64,000 bases of DNA. Source: Clostridia bacterium (GTDB lineage Bacteria; Bacillota; Clostridia; Oscillospirales; CAG-272). Below the pieces are notes generated by a model, which saw only the letters and a program-made list of their open reading frames with translations, made no database searches and was not told the DNA's origin. The DNA lies in assembly GCA_017624905.1 (NCBI GenBank), contig JAGAMD010000008.1, forward strand, positions 20,440 through 84,439. The letters run 5' to 3'. Positions within the stretch are counted from its first letter, which is position 1, and the number at the start of each line of letters is the position of its first letter. Both the position numbers and the translations under genes were made by a program. Of the stretch, positions 45,748 through 54,710 are shown in pieces.

Positions 45748-48700
45748 TTATTTTATTAATAAGGTGATAATTTCAAATGGTTTAATATCAAATGTAACAG
45801 AATTGTTTTTAACAGTTAGCTTCTTTTGAGCCTTCTCGTTAAGGTCGGCAAGATATACCTCACTTACATTGAAGCCAAGCTTAACCGTTACCTTGCTTCT
45901 TGAATTCTTTGATTCATATAGACGAACAACTGTGTCATTTGAGTACTCAGCCTCTTTAATTGCTTCGACAACTACATTGTCGCAAGATACATTAACAAGA
46001 GAATACTCGCTATCAAGAGTACCATTGCCATCGCACTTTCTTGCTACCATTGGCATATTAAGATCATACGCATATTTAACAGTATCACAAGAATTGAGGG
46101 CGTTTTTGTGTGGATAAATCGAGTATGTAAATTCGTGTATTCCTTGGTCATTAACATGTTCAGGATTATTGTCTGGATTTAATGCACACTTGAGAAGTGT
46201 AAGACGCATATCAGAACTGTGAATATCGTGTCCGTACTTGCAGTTGTTTAATAAGCTAACACCGTAGTTGCCTTCAGATAGGTCAGCATATTTATGACCA
46301 CAAACCTCAAACTTGGCTTGATCCCAGCTTGTGTTGTAGTGAGTAGGACGCTCAATAGAGCCAAATTGCACCTCATATGTAGCCTTGTCAGCATTAATAT
46401 CAACAGGGAAGCTAACCTTTAATACTTGGTTCTTTTCATGCCAATCAATCTTTGTTTCAAAGTCTATTCTTGGCATATTTTCATAGAACCAAACGGTTTG
46501 AGAAATTTCGCTATTCATATGCTTTTTCTTATATGAAATACCTGATTTTGCACCATTTACGACTGTTTTTATATCATATGCATCGCCAACCTCATATTCC
46601 TTGTCATTAGCAGAGCGTTGTAGCTCCCAAGCAGGATATGAATCAGGATAGTCAACAAAAGCAATAAAGCGGTTAGCAAGAGCACTACGCTTAATTACCT
46701 CACGATGATTTTTCTTGTCATAAATTGATGTAATGTTACAGTTTTTATCAAATTTAACAGTAAAATATTTTGTAAATACTGTGTTACCCTTAATCTCAAT
46801 CGTATTCTTTGTATCAAGCTCGGAAATAACCTTATAGCCCTTTGGTGGGATATTATTTACGGATACGCAAGTACCATCAATGTCTACAACACTGTTTCCT
46901 ACAAATGAGTTAGGATTAAATACAACATATCCACTCTTTGAAACATTAGAAGCTATATAGTCATATGCCATCTCGCGGTATTTATTTGCAAGCTCCTTGA
47001 GCTTTGCATAATCCTTGTCGCTTCTTTCATAAACCTCAGGAATAGATGAACCGGGGATAATATCGTGGAATTGATTTACAAGCAAGATTTCCCACATTTC
47101 GTGTAGCTCCTTCTTAGGGAACTTGGCACCTCTAATCTTGTCAAGCATCACACAAAGAGCTTCAGTATCAAGCAACAAGAATTCACACTCACGGTTGTTC
47201 TTCTTGTTTTTAGCAATTGAGGTGTATGTACCTCTGTGGAATTCAAGATATAGCTCACCCTGCCAGCTTGGTACAATCTCGGGATTTTTCTTCATACTCT
47301 TTTCGAGATTGGCAAGAAACTCACCCGCAAAGCCCATTTTTGCTTGAGCAATTTGAGGCACACCGGCACTTGCACGTCTTAGGTTTTCTAGCATATGTGC
47401 AGTTGGTCCGCCGCCACCATCACCCCAACCAAAGGTAAGAAGAGCTTCGTTGTGAATATTCTTTTGCTGATATCTGTTCCAAGCACCATCAACATATGAA
47501 AAATCAGCGTGAGGAATATATGTAGATATTCTTTCGGGAACACGTCCCTTTCTTTCCTTCTGTGCAGTAATAAAGTAGGTGTTAATTTCTGTTCCGTCTA
47601 GTCCCTTCCATTTAAATGTGTCATAAGGAACAGTGTTTGTATCATTCCAACCAATTTTAGAAGTAACAAACCAGTCAACATCACTCTTTCTCAAAATTTG
47701 AGGTAGAGCAGCACTATAACCGAATACATCAGGTAACCATAAAACATGGCTTTCAACGCCGAACTCATCACGGAAGAAGTTTTTACCATATTGGACTTGA
47801 CGAACTAGGCTTTCACCACTAGATAGGTTACAGTCAGCCTCAACCCACATAGCACCCTCAACTTCCCATCTGCCGGCTTTAATCATAGCCTTAATCTCGT
47901 CATAAAGCTCAGGACATTCCTCTTTAACCATTTTATAAAGAACAGCCTGTGAAGACATAAACTTGTATTCCGGATAGCGTTTCATAAGCTCAATAACAGT
48001 AGCAAATGAGCGTTGTGCCTTTTCTTTGGTTTGGTCAATGGTCCAAAGCCAAGCAATGTCAATGTGTGTATGACCTATACAAATGGTTTTTATATCTTGG
48101 TCCTTACAGAATTTACTATAAAATTCCTTTTGTAAAAATGCATCAGCCACCTTAACTGACTCATAAAACTCAGGAGAAGGCATCTTAATTAGATTAACAA
48201 AGGATGTTGATTTTTCAAGTATTGACAGAATGTTTTGATATGTATATGTGTTTTCATCAAGAAAATCGATTATATCAAAAGGAACAGCAAGGTCGTAGTA
48301 ATATTTTTTTACATCCTCGTTTTCATATACCATATTTACATCAAGGCGTAAATCCTTGCGCTCGTGCTCCATACCGGAGTATGCATATATCATAATCTCG
48401 TAGGAGTCCTTACCGCTAAGCATAACATATGTATGATTCGCATCCATGCCTTGACGGATATGACCATCAACATATACTATTAATTGCGGATTGACAGCAT
48501 CCCAACAGTTACCGATGCCGGTATCAATAGATAGCTTAACCTCCTTGCCACTCATCTCCTTTGGCACATTTACAGTGAAGGCAAACCAAGTGTGAGAGTC
48601 TCGTTCCTTGCCCCAACCCATATCCTTGGTAAAAGGCTTAAAATCACTTGTGTCCGGCAATACGGAGCCAACCTTGTATTCAGGACAAGGCTTATAAACG

Positions 48701-48795
48701 ATATTTTCAACAGGATATGATGCAATTTGCGTATATTTTCCAATTTCTCGCATCATAACCCTTAAGTTTCTTACGGTTTCATTAATTGGTTTCAT
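45748..48795 (-). CDS. Glycoside hydrolase family 38 alpha-mannosidase
   Basis: GH38 N-terminal metal-site motif CIGHTHIDIAWLW. ~1015 aa. Start moved to MKPINETV (AGGAG SD). Confidence 0.85.
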   Translation of the reverse strand: MKPINETVRNLRVMMREIGKYTQIASYPVENIVYKPCPEYKVGSVLPDTSDFKPFTKDMGWGKERDSHTWFAFTVNVPKEMSGKEVKLSIDTGIGNCWDAVNPQLIVYVDGHIRQGMDANHTYVMLSGKDSYEIMIYAYSGMEHERKDLRLDVNMVYENEDVKKYYYDLAVPFDIIDFLDENTYTYQNILSILEKSTSFVNLIKMPSPEFYESVKVADAFLQKEFYSKFCKDQDIKTICIGHTHIDIAWLWTIDQTKEKAQRSFATVIELMKRYPEYKFMSSQAVLYKMVKEECPELYDEIKAMIKAGRWEVEGAMWVEADCNLSSGESLVRQVQYGKNFFRDEFGVESHVLWLPDVFGYSAALPQILRKSDVDWFVTSKIGWNDTNTVPYDTFKWKGLDGTEINTYFITAQKERKGRVPERISTYIPHADFSYVDGAWNRYQQKNIHNEALLTFGWGDGGGGPTAHMLENLRRASAGVPQIAQAKMGFAGEFLANLEKSMKKNPEIVPSWQGELYLEFHRGTYTSIAKNKKNNRECEFLLLDTEALCVMLDKIRGAKFPKKELHEMWEILLVNQFHDIIPGSSIPEVYERSDKDYAKLKELANKYREMAYDYIASNVSKSGYVVFNPNSFVGNSVVDIDGTCVSVNNIPPKGYKVISELDTKNTIEIKGNTVFTKYFTVKFDKNCNITSIYDKKNHREVIKRSALANRFIAFVDYPDSYPAWELQRSANDKEYEVGDAYDIKTVVNGAKSGISYKKKHMNSEISQTVWFYENMPRIDFETKIDWHEKNQVLKVSFPVDINADKATYEVQFGSIERPTHYNTSWDQAKFEVCGHKYADLSEGNYGVSLLNNCKYGHDIHSSDMRLTLLKCALNPDNNPEHVNDQGIHEFTYSIYPHKNALNSCDTVKYAYDLNMPMVARKCDGNGTLDSEYSLVNVSCDNVVVEAIKEAEYSNDTVVRLYESKNSRSKVTVKLGFNVSEVYLADLNEKAQKKLTVKNNSVTFDIKPFEIITLLIK

Positions 48796-48921
48796 ATAAT
48801 TCTCCTGTATAAAAATTACTAACTTGATTTTATCATAACATAAAAGAAAAAACAAGAAATATTTGATTTTTTGAGATAATTATGTTATCATATTCATATA
48901 AATTATGTTTTAGGAGCAAAA

Positions 48922-49614
48922 ATGGAAGAGCTTTCACGTACAATAGCCCTTTTAGGGGAAGAAAATGTAGAAAAGTTGAAGAATAAAAAGGTTATTGTTT
49001 TCGGCATAGGTGGAGTAGGTGGTCATACAGTAGATGCTCTAGCTAGAACCGGAGTTGGCGAAATTGACATTGTTGATAGCGATGTGGTTTCACTTTCCAA
49101 TATTAATCGTCAAATCATAGCCTTACATTCGACCGTTGGTCAAAAAAAGGTCGATGCAATGAAAGCACGTATAAATGATATTAATGAAAGCATTGTTGTT
49201 AATACCTATGATTGCTTTGTAACTCCTGATAACATAAACAAATTTGATTTAGCAAAATATGACTATGTTATAGATGCAATAGATACAGTATCATCTAAGG
49301 TCGCTCTTGCAGCTATATGTGATGAAAAAAATATACCTATTATATCTTCAATGGGGGCAGGAAATAAGCTGAATCCTTGTGCATTTAAGGTTGCAGATAT
49401 TTATAAAACATCGGTTTGCCCACTTGCTAAAGCGGTTAGAACACAACTTAAAAAATTAGGTGTTAAAAAGCTCAAGGTTGTTTATTCGGAAGAGCCACCT
49501 GTAATTGAAGGCATAAATGAAAACGGTAAAAGAGTACCTGCATCCTGTGCATTTATTCCATCTGTTTTAGGACTTATAATTGCCGGTGAGGTAATAAAGG
49601 ATTTAATAAAATAA
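48922..49614 (+). CDS. tcdA: tRNA threonylcarbamoyladenosine dehydratase (ThiF-family, TcdA/CsdL)
   Basis: Rossmann motif VFGIGGVGG, SNINRQ, ~230 aa. Confidence 0.8.
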   Translation: MEELSRTIALLGEENVEKLKNKKVIVFGIGGVGGHTVDALARTGVGEIDIVDSDVVSLSNINRQIIALHSTVGQKKVDAMKARINDINESIVVNTYDCFVTPDNINKFDLAKYDYVIDAIDTVSSKVALAAICDEKNIPIISSMGAGNKLNPCAFKVADIYKTSVCPLAKAVRTQLKKLGVKKLKVVYSEEPPVIEGINENGKRVPASCAFIPSVLGLIIAGEVIKDLIK

Positions 49615-49638
49615 AAAAGGCTGAATTCCAGCCTTTTT
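49613..49638. terminator. Bidirectional terminator
   Basis: AAGGCTG-AATTC-CAGCCTT with flanking A and T runs. Confidence 0.75.
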
Positions 49639-50422
49639 AATTTGCAACATTTTTTAATCGATTAGCGGTAACCGATACAAGCTCAGTGTAGTCGGTTACA
49701 ATTTTATTTCCTTGAACGTAGTAGATGTCATTGCCGATTTTAATATATGCACAAATGATAATTTCCTCGTCATAAAAGTCTGTACCGATTCCGGGAATAG
49801 AGAAATCGTTTATACCGGAAAAGTTGGAAAGCTCAGCTTTGATAACATAAGATGCACTGTATCCGTTTTGCTTAATTGGTTCGGTTTTTACCATACGCTT
49901 GATATATCCTATTATTCCATACTCAATATCAACATCTTTGTCCAAGGTATCATTTAAATAATTTAAATAATAAACAATTTCACTATTGTTAAATGCGTAA
50001 CTAGAAGTTATAGTAGCAGTTTTTTCATATTCGGTGATTGAATATCCATATGATTCGATAAACGGCTTAACGTCTAAAACAGCTACTCCATTACAGCCTT
50101 CGTTTGTGCAAAAGGCAGTTCTAATTCCACCCTGCAAGAAATCATCGTTTCTTAAATTATATGAAAGAGAACCACTGAAATTATGGTCTACCGCTTCTAA
50201 TGCAAGCTCACCACAGGTATCACAGTATTCTGCTGTTGTGCAATCTCCATCATCCTCATAGGTATGCTCGGAGACAATATCAGTATCAGTGCTTGTGCTT
50301 GAGTTGGTGTTGGTATTTGTAGTGCCGGTGCTTGTATAAGTATTTGAATTGCTTTTGCCACATCCTATGAGCATAGCAATAATAAATACAAATGACAAAA
50401 TTAGCGAAATAGCTCTTTTCAT
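49637..50422 (-). CDS. Lipoprotein with one Cys module and the family-specific C-terminal domain (short paralogue of the LRR surface proteins)
   Basis: Lipobox LIGC and a T/N/S-rich linker. Module EHTYEDDGDCTTAEYCDTCGELALEAVDHNF. The C-terminal region aligns with the C-termini of the 13089 and 54711 products (PF..YGYS ... YG ... CAY..... Y). Confidence 0.55.
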   Translation of the reverse strand: MKRAISLILSFVFIIAMLIGCGKSNSNTYTSTGTTNTNTNSSTSTDTDIVSEHTYEDDGDCTTAEYCDTCGELALEAVDHNFSGSLSYNLRNDDFLQGGIRTAFCTNEGCNGVAVLDVKPFIESYGYSITEYEKTATITSSYAFNNSEIVYYLNYLNDTLDKDVDIEYGIIGYIKRMVKTEPIKQNGYSASYVIKAELSNFSGINDFSIPGIGTDFYDEEIIICAYIKIGNDIYYVQGNKIVTDYTELVSVTANRLKNVAN

Positions 50423-50547
50423 AATGCCTCCTTATCAAAATAATATAAATTATTTTATCATTTACCCGTGCATTTGTCAACATTTTTATTGAATATGAAA
50501 AGCAAATATGTTATAATATATGAGTAAATTTGCTTAAAGAGGTAATT

Positions 50548-51612
50548 ATGGAAAAGAGAATTGAAATACTTCGTGAAAAATTTGATAGCTTGGGTGTTGA
50601 TGCTATTTATTTGACCTCACGCACATCACATAGATATTTCACAGCCTTCGACAATGAGGACGGCTCACTTTTGATAACTAAAAAAAGTGCCTATGCCTTT
50701 GAGGACTTTAGGTACATTGAAGTAGCAACAAAGAATTTAAATGGTACATATAATGTTGTAGAGCCTCGTGGAAAGCGTTCGGCTTGGCTTGGTGAAATTC
50801 TAGCAAATGAAGGCGTTAACAGTCTCGGCTTTGAGGATCTTTCAATGAGTGTAAACGCCTACGAAAGACTAAAGGCTGATGTGAATTTAGAGTTGGTAAA
50901 AATCGGCACAACAATTAATAAAATGCGTGAAATCAAAACTGATGATGAGGTTGCTAAAATGGAAAAGGCACAAATCATCACCGATATGGCTTTTGAGCAT
51001 ATTTTGGGTATACTTTCTACTGATATTACAGAAAATGATGTAGCAGCTGAGCTTGAGTATTTTATGCGTAAAAACGGAGCAGAGGACAAGAGCTTTGAAA
51101 CTATTTCAATAAGTGCCGAAAAAACATCACTTCCACATGGCGTTCCCTCAAATACTAAGCTTAAAAAGGGCTTCTTTACAATGGACTTCGGTGCTGTTGT
51201 AGATGGCTATCACTCGGATATGACAAGAACTGTTTGCATTGGCAAGGCTGACGATGAAATGAAAAAGCTTTACAATACAGTTTTAGATGCACAGCTAAGG
51301 GCACTTGAGTATCTTTCGAACGGCGGAAGAAACACTAAAGAGGCGGACAAGGTGGCAAGAGATATAATTTACAAGGATTATAAGGGGTATTTTGGACACT
51401 CCCTCGGTCATAGCGTAGGTCTTGAGGTTCACGAAATGCCCGCATTGTCTCCAAATTATGATGCAGTTTTAGTTCCCGGTAATGTTGTTACTGTTGAACC
51501 CGGTATTTATATTCCGTCTAAATATGGTACACGAATAGAAGATATGGTGCTAATTTGCGAAAACGGAATCAAAAATTTCACAAAATCACCTAAAAAACTC
51601 ATAGAAATTTAA
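50548..51612 (+). CDS. pepP: Xaa-Pro aminopeptidase (M24B)
   Basis: M24 metal ligand motifs (DFGAVVDGYHSDMTRT, HSLGHSVGLEVHE, EPGIY...RIED). Confidence 0.85.
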   Translation: MEKRIEILREKFDSLGVDAIYLTSRTSHRYFTAFDNEDGSLLITKKSAYAFEDFRYIEVATKNLNGTYNVVEPRGKRSAWLGEILANEGVNSLGFEDLSMSVNAYERLKADVNLELVKIGTTINKMREIKTDDEVAKMEKAQIITDMAFEHILGILSTDITENDVAAELEYFMRKNGAEDKSFETISISAEKTSLPHGVPSNTKLKKGFFTMDFGAVVDGYHSDMTRTVCIGKADDEMKKLYNTVLDAQLRALEYLSNGGRNTKEADKVARDIIYKDYKGYFGHSLGHSVGLEVHEMPALSPNYDAVLVPGNVVTVEPGIYIPSKYGTRIEDMVLICENGIKNFTKSPKKLIEI

Positions 51613-51641
51613 CAAAAATTCAAAAATATTCCGTTTACCTA

Positions 51642-51670
51642 TTGAAAACATAAATAATTTATAGTAAAAT
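51642..51670 (+). promoter_or_regulatory. Sigma-A promoter of efp
   Basis: TTGAAA (51642-51647), 17 nt, TAAAAT (51665-51670). Predicts a ~70-nt leader. Confidence 0.5.
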
Positions 51671-51745
51671 AGTTCTATATGGTATGGTAGTAGTTGTGGC
51701 GGATTACTCCCAAAAAATACTAAACGCCAAGAAAAGGAAAGACAA

Positions 51746-52312
51746 ATGATTACAGCAGGAGATTTTAGAAACGGTGTTACCTTCGAGATGGAGGGTAAAG
51801 TATATCAAGTTATCGAATTCCAACACGTAAAACCGGGTAAGGGTGCAGCTTTCGTTAGAACAAAGTATAGAGATGTTGTTTCAGGCGCTACTCGTGAGGC
51901 TTCATTCAACCCAACAGCAAAGTTTGAAACTGTACAAGTTGAGCGTAGAGAGCTTCAATACCTCTACAACGATGGTGAGCTTTATTACTTTATGGATATG
52001 GAATCATATGAGCAAATTCCGGTTGACTCACACAAGCTAGGAGACAACTTTAAGTTCGTTAAGGAAAACGAAATGTGTAAGCTTTCTTCAATTAAGGGAG
52101 AGGTTTTCGCAGTAGAACCACCAACATTCGTTGACCTATACATTACAGAGACAGAGCCGGGCGTACGTGGCGATACAGCTACAAACGTTACAAAGGCTGC
52201 TACACTTGAAACAGGAGCAGTTGTAAGAGTTCCAATCTTTATCAATGAGGGCGACCTTATTCGTATTGATACAAGAGTTGGCGAGTATCTTGAAAGAGTT
52301 AACAACAAATAA
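51746..52312 (+). CDS. efp: Translation elongation factor P
   Basis: [43 protein letters not shown]..., 188 aa. Confidence 0.95.
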   Translation: MITAGDFRNGVTFEMEGKVYQVIEFQHVKPGKGAAFVRTKYRDVVSGATREASFNPTAKFETVQVERRELQYLYNDGELYYFMDMESYEQIPVDSHKLGDNFKFVKENEMCKLSSIKGEVFAVEPPTFVDLYITETEPGVRGDTATNVTKAATLETGAVVRVPIFINEGDLIRIDTRVGEYLERVNNK

Positions 52313-52335
52313 TTAATTCTAAAGGAGAAATAAAA

Positions 52336-52773
52336 ATGCAAGAGATGGATATTCTTGAAAAATGCGCATATATTAAGGGCCTTGCAGAGGGCCTTAATAT
52401 TGATAATACAAAGCCAGAGGGCAAGGTTCTAAATGCAATTATCGACCTTCTTTCTGACATCACAGCTACAATTGCTGATATGGACGACGAGGTTGCTACA
52501 CTTGGCGATTACATTGAGGAAATCGACCACGACCTTGGCGAGGTAGAGGAGTATCTCTACGACGAAGAGTGCGATTGCTGTGACGACGATTGTGATTGTT
52601 GCGATGATGATTGCGACTGTGACTGTTGCGACGAGGACTGTGATTGCGAGGATTGTGAATATATGGAAGCTATGTGCCCATCCTGTGGTGAGCAAATCTG
52701 CTTCGATAACGAAATCGATCCTGAAGATCTAATTTGTCCTGCTTGTGGCAAGGCTTTCTCAGAAGAGAAATAA
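52336..52773 (+). CDS. Cys/Asp-repeat protein with a C-terminal zinc ribbon (CD1247-N-terminal-domain-like)
   Basis: AAGGAG SD 24 nt after the efp stop, with no terminator between. Central ECDCCDDDCDCCDDDCDCDCCDEDCDCEDCE. C-terminal CPSCG...CPACG. Confidence 0.6.
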   Translation: MQEMDILEKCAYIKGLAEGLNIDNTKPEGKVLNAIIDLLSDITATIADMDDEVATLGDYIEEIDHDLGEVEEYLYDEECDCCDDDCDCCDDDCDCDCCDEDCDCEDCEYMEAMCPSCGEQICFDNEIDPEDLICPACGKAFSEEK

Positions 52774-52781
52774 AAACAATT

Positions 52782-52811
52782 AAAGAACTCCTTTTAGGAG
52801 TTCTTTTTTTC
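52782..52811 (+). terminator. Rho-independent terminator of the efp operon
   Basis: AAGAACTCC-TTTTA-GGAGTTCTT followed by a T-run. Confidence 0.8.
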
Positions 52812-52819
52812 TAAACCTC

Positions 52820-52848
52820 TTGAAACTTATACAACATTATGGTAAAAT
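52820..52848 (+). promoter_or_regulatory. Sigma-A promoter (extended -10) of the isomerase-oxidoreductase-LRR operon
   Basis: TTGAAA (52820-52825), 17 nt, TGgTAAAAT (-10 at 52843-52848). Confidence 0.5.
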
Positions 52849-52884
52849 TATACTGTACAATTATGAAATTACGAGGTAATATAT

Positions 52885-53703
52885 ATGAAGCTTGGTACAA
52901 TGGTACATCTTGACGAAAATGTAGTTGAGAAAATTAAAGATGTAAAGAAATATGGTCTAGACTCATTCCAGCTATGTGCTTGGAATTTCAGCTTTATGAC
53001 TGACGAATATGTTGAGAAAATTTTAGCTACTACAAAGGAAACAGGGCTTGAAATCAGCGCCGTTTGGTGCGGTTGGGAAGGCGAGGCTTGTTGGGACTTT
53101 ATAAGAGGAAATTTAACTCTTGGTATTGTTCCTGTGTATTTCAGAGAAAAGAGAATAAAGAATCTTAAAACAGGCTCTGATTTTACAAAAAAGCTTGGCG
53201 TTACTGATATGGTAACTCATATGGGATTCCTACCGGAAAACCCAAACACAGACGAATTCCGTTCTGTTGTTGAGGCAATTAAAGAAATTGCTCTATATTG
53301 TAAGGCAAACGGACAATATCTCTTGTTTGAAACAGGACAAGAAACACCAATCACACTAAAGAGAACAATTATGGCAGTTAATACAGGCAACCTTGGTATC
53401 AACTTAGACCCGGCAAACCTTCTCCTATATGGAAAGGCAAATCCTTGCGATGCGGTTGATATTTTTGGTGACTATGTAAGAGGTGTTCACGCAAAGGATG
53501 GAGAATATCCAATAAACCCTGACTATCTAGGTGAGGAAAAAAGAATTGGTGATGGTCGTGTTAATTTCCCTGTTTTAATTAAGAAGCTTATGGAACACGG
53601 CTATAATGGTTCAATTACCATTGAGCGTGAAATAGATGGCGAAAAGCAAATTGAAGATATTTTATATGCTAAAAAATTCTTGGAGGACATTATAAATGGC
53701 TAA
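52885..53703 (+). CDS. Sugar phosphate isomerase/epimerase (xylose-isomerase-like TIM barrel)
   Basis: AP_endonuc_2-type pattern (LLFETGQETP, INLDPANLLLYG, ITIERE). Confidence 0.75.
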   Translation: MKLGTMVHLDENVVEKIKDVKKYGLDSFQLCAWNFSFMTDEYVEKILATTKETGLEISAVWCGWEGEACWDFIRGNLTLGIVPVYFREKRIKNLKTGSDFTKKLGVTDMVTHMGFLPENPNTDEFRSVVEAIKEIALYCKANGQYLLFETGQETPITLKRTIMAVNTGNLGINLDPANLLLYGKANPCDAVDIFGDYVRGVHAKDGEYPINPDYLGEEKRIGDGRVNFPVLIKKLMEHGYNGSITIEREIDGEKQIEDILYAKKFLEDIING

Positions 53704-54697
53704 ACTTAGAGTAGGACTTATCGGTATTGGAGGAATGGGCGGATGCCACTTCTTCAACTATGATCAGGTACAAAATGCAGAGATTGTTGCGGTATGTGAC
53801 GTTAGAGAAGACGTAGCAAGAGAAAAAATAGGCGACCGTAAAATTAACATTTATACTGATTACAATAAGATGATCAAAAAAGAAGAGCTTGATATGATCG
53901 ATATCTGTACACCAAGCTTTCTTCACGCAGATATGGCAATTAAGCTTCTAAAGAAGGGCTATCACGTTCTTTGCGAAAAGCCAATGACACTTAACGCAAA
54001 GGATGCCAAGGCTGTTGTAAACGCAGCAAAGAACTCAGATAAGAATTTTATGGTTGCTCACGTTGTACGCTTTATGGCACCATATATGTATTTAAGAAAT
54101 GTTATTGAATCCTGTGAGCTTGGTCGTCTTATTAGACTTGAAATGAAGCGTATTTCAGCTATCCCACAATGGAGCTGGGAAGACTGGATGAGAGATGAAA
54201 AGCTCAGTGGCGGTGTTGTTACCGACCTTTCAATCCACGATTTTGACTTTGTACAAAGCATTCTTGGTATGCCGGATGAGTTAAAAGCATATCGTTACCA
54301 AATGACAAACAATAATGATACAGTTGTTACAAGCATGGTATATGATGGCGATATTCTTGTTACCTGTGAGGGTACTTGGTACAATACAGGTATTCCTTTT
54401 GATGCTAGCTTTACAGCAGTATTCCAAAATGGATATGTTGAGCTTAACAAGGGTAAGCTTGTTAAAAATGGTAAAGAGGTTTCACTAAAGCAAGAGGCAA
54501 CAAAGGAAAAGGATCTAGGCATCAATGTTGGAAACGATAATGGATACCTTGCAGAAATTCAATACTTTGTAGATTGCATTCAAAAGGGCAAAAAGCCTAT
54601 CTTAGTTACTCCCGAAAGCTCGGCAAACAGCGTGGCACTTGCTGACCTAATTAAGAAAAAGGCAACCGTACTAAAACAAAAAAGAAATGTAAAATAA
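53696..54697 (+). CDS. Gfo/Idh/MocA-family NAD(P)-dependent oxidoreductase
   Basis: N-terminal Rossmann LRVGLIGIGGMG and the EKP motif (LCEKPM). 8-nt overlap with the upstream gene. Confidence 0.85.
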   Translation: MAKLRVGLIGIGGMGGCHFFNYDQVQNAEIVAVCDVREDVAREKIGDRKINIYTDYNKMIKKEELDMIDICTPSFLHADMAIKLLKKGYHVLCEKPMTLNAKDAKAVVNAAKNSDKNFMVAHVVRFMAPYMYLRNVIESCELGRLIRLEMKRISAIPQWSWEDWMRDEKLSGGVVTDLSIHDFDFVQSILGMPDELKAYRYQMTNNNDTVVTSMVYDGDILVTCEGTWYNTGIPFDASFTAVFQNGYVELNKGKLVKNGKEVSLKQEATKEKDLGINVGNDNGYLAEIQYFVDCIQKGKKPILVTPESSANSVALADLIKKKATVLKQKRNVK

Positions 54698-54710
54698 GGG
54701 AGAATAAATA

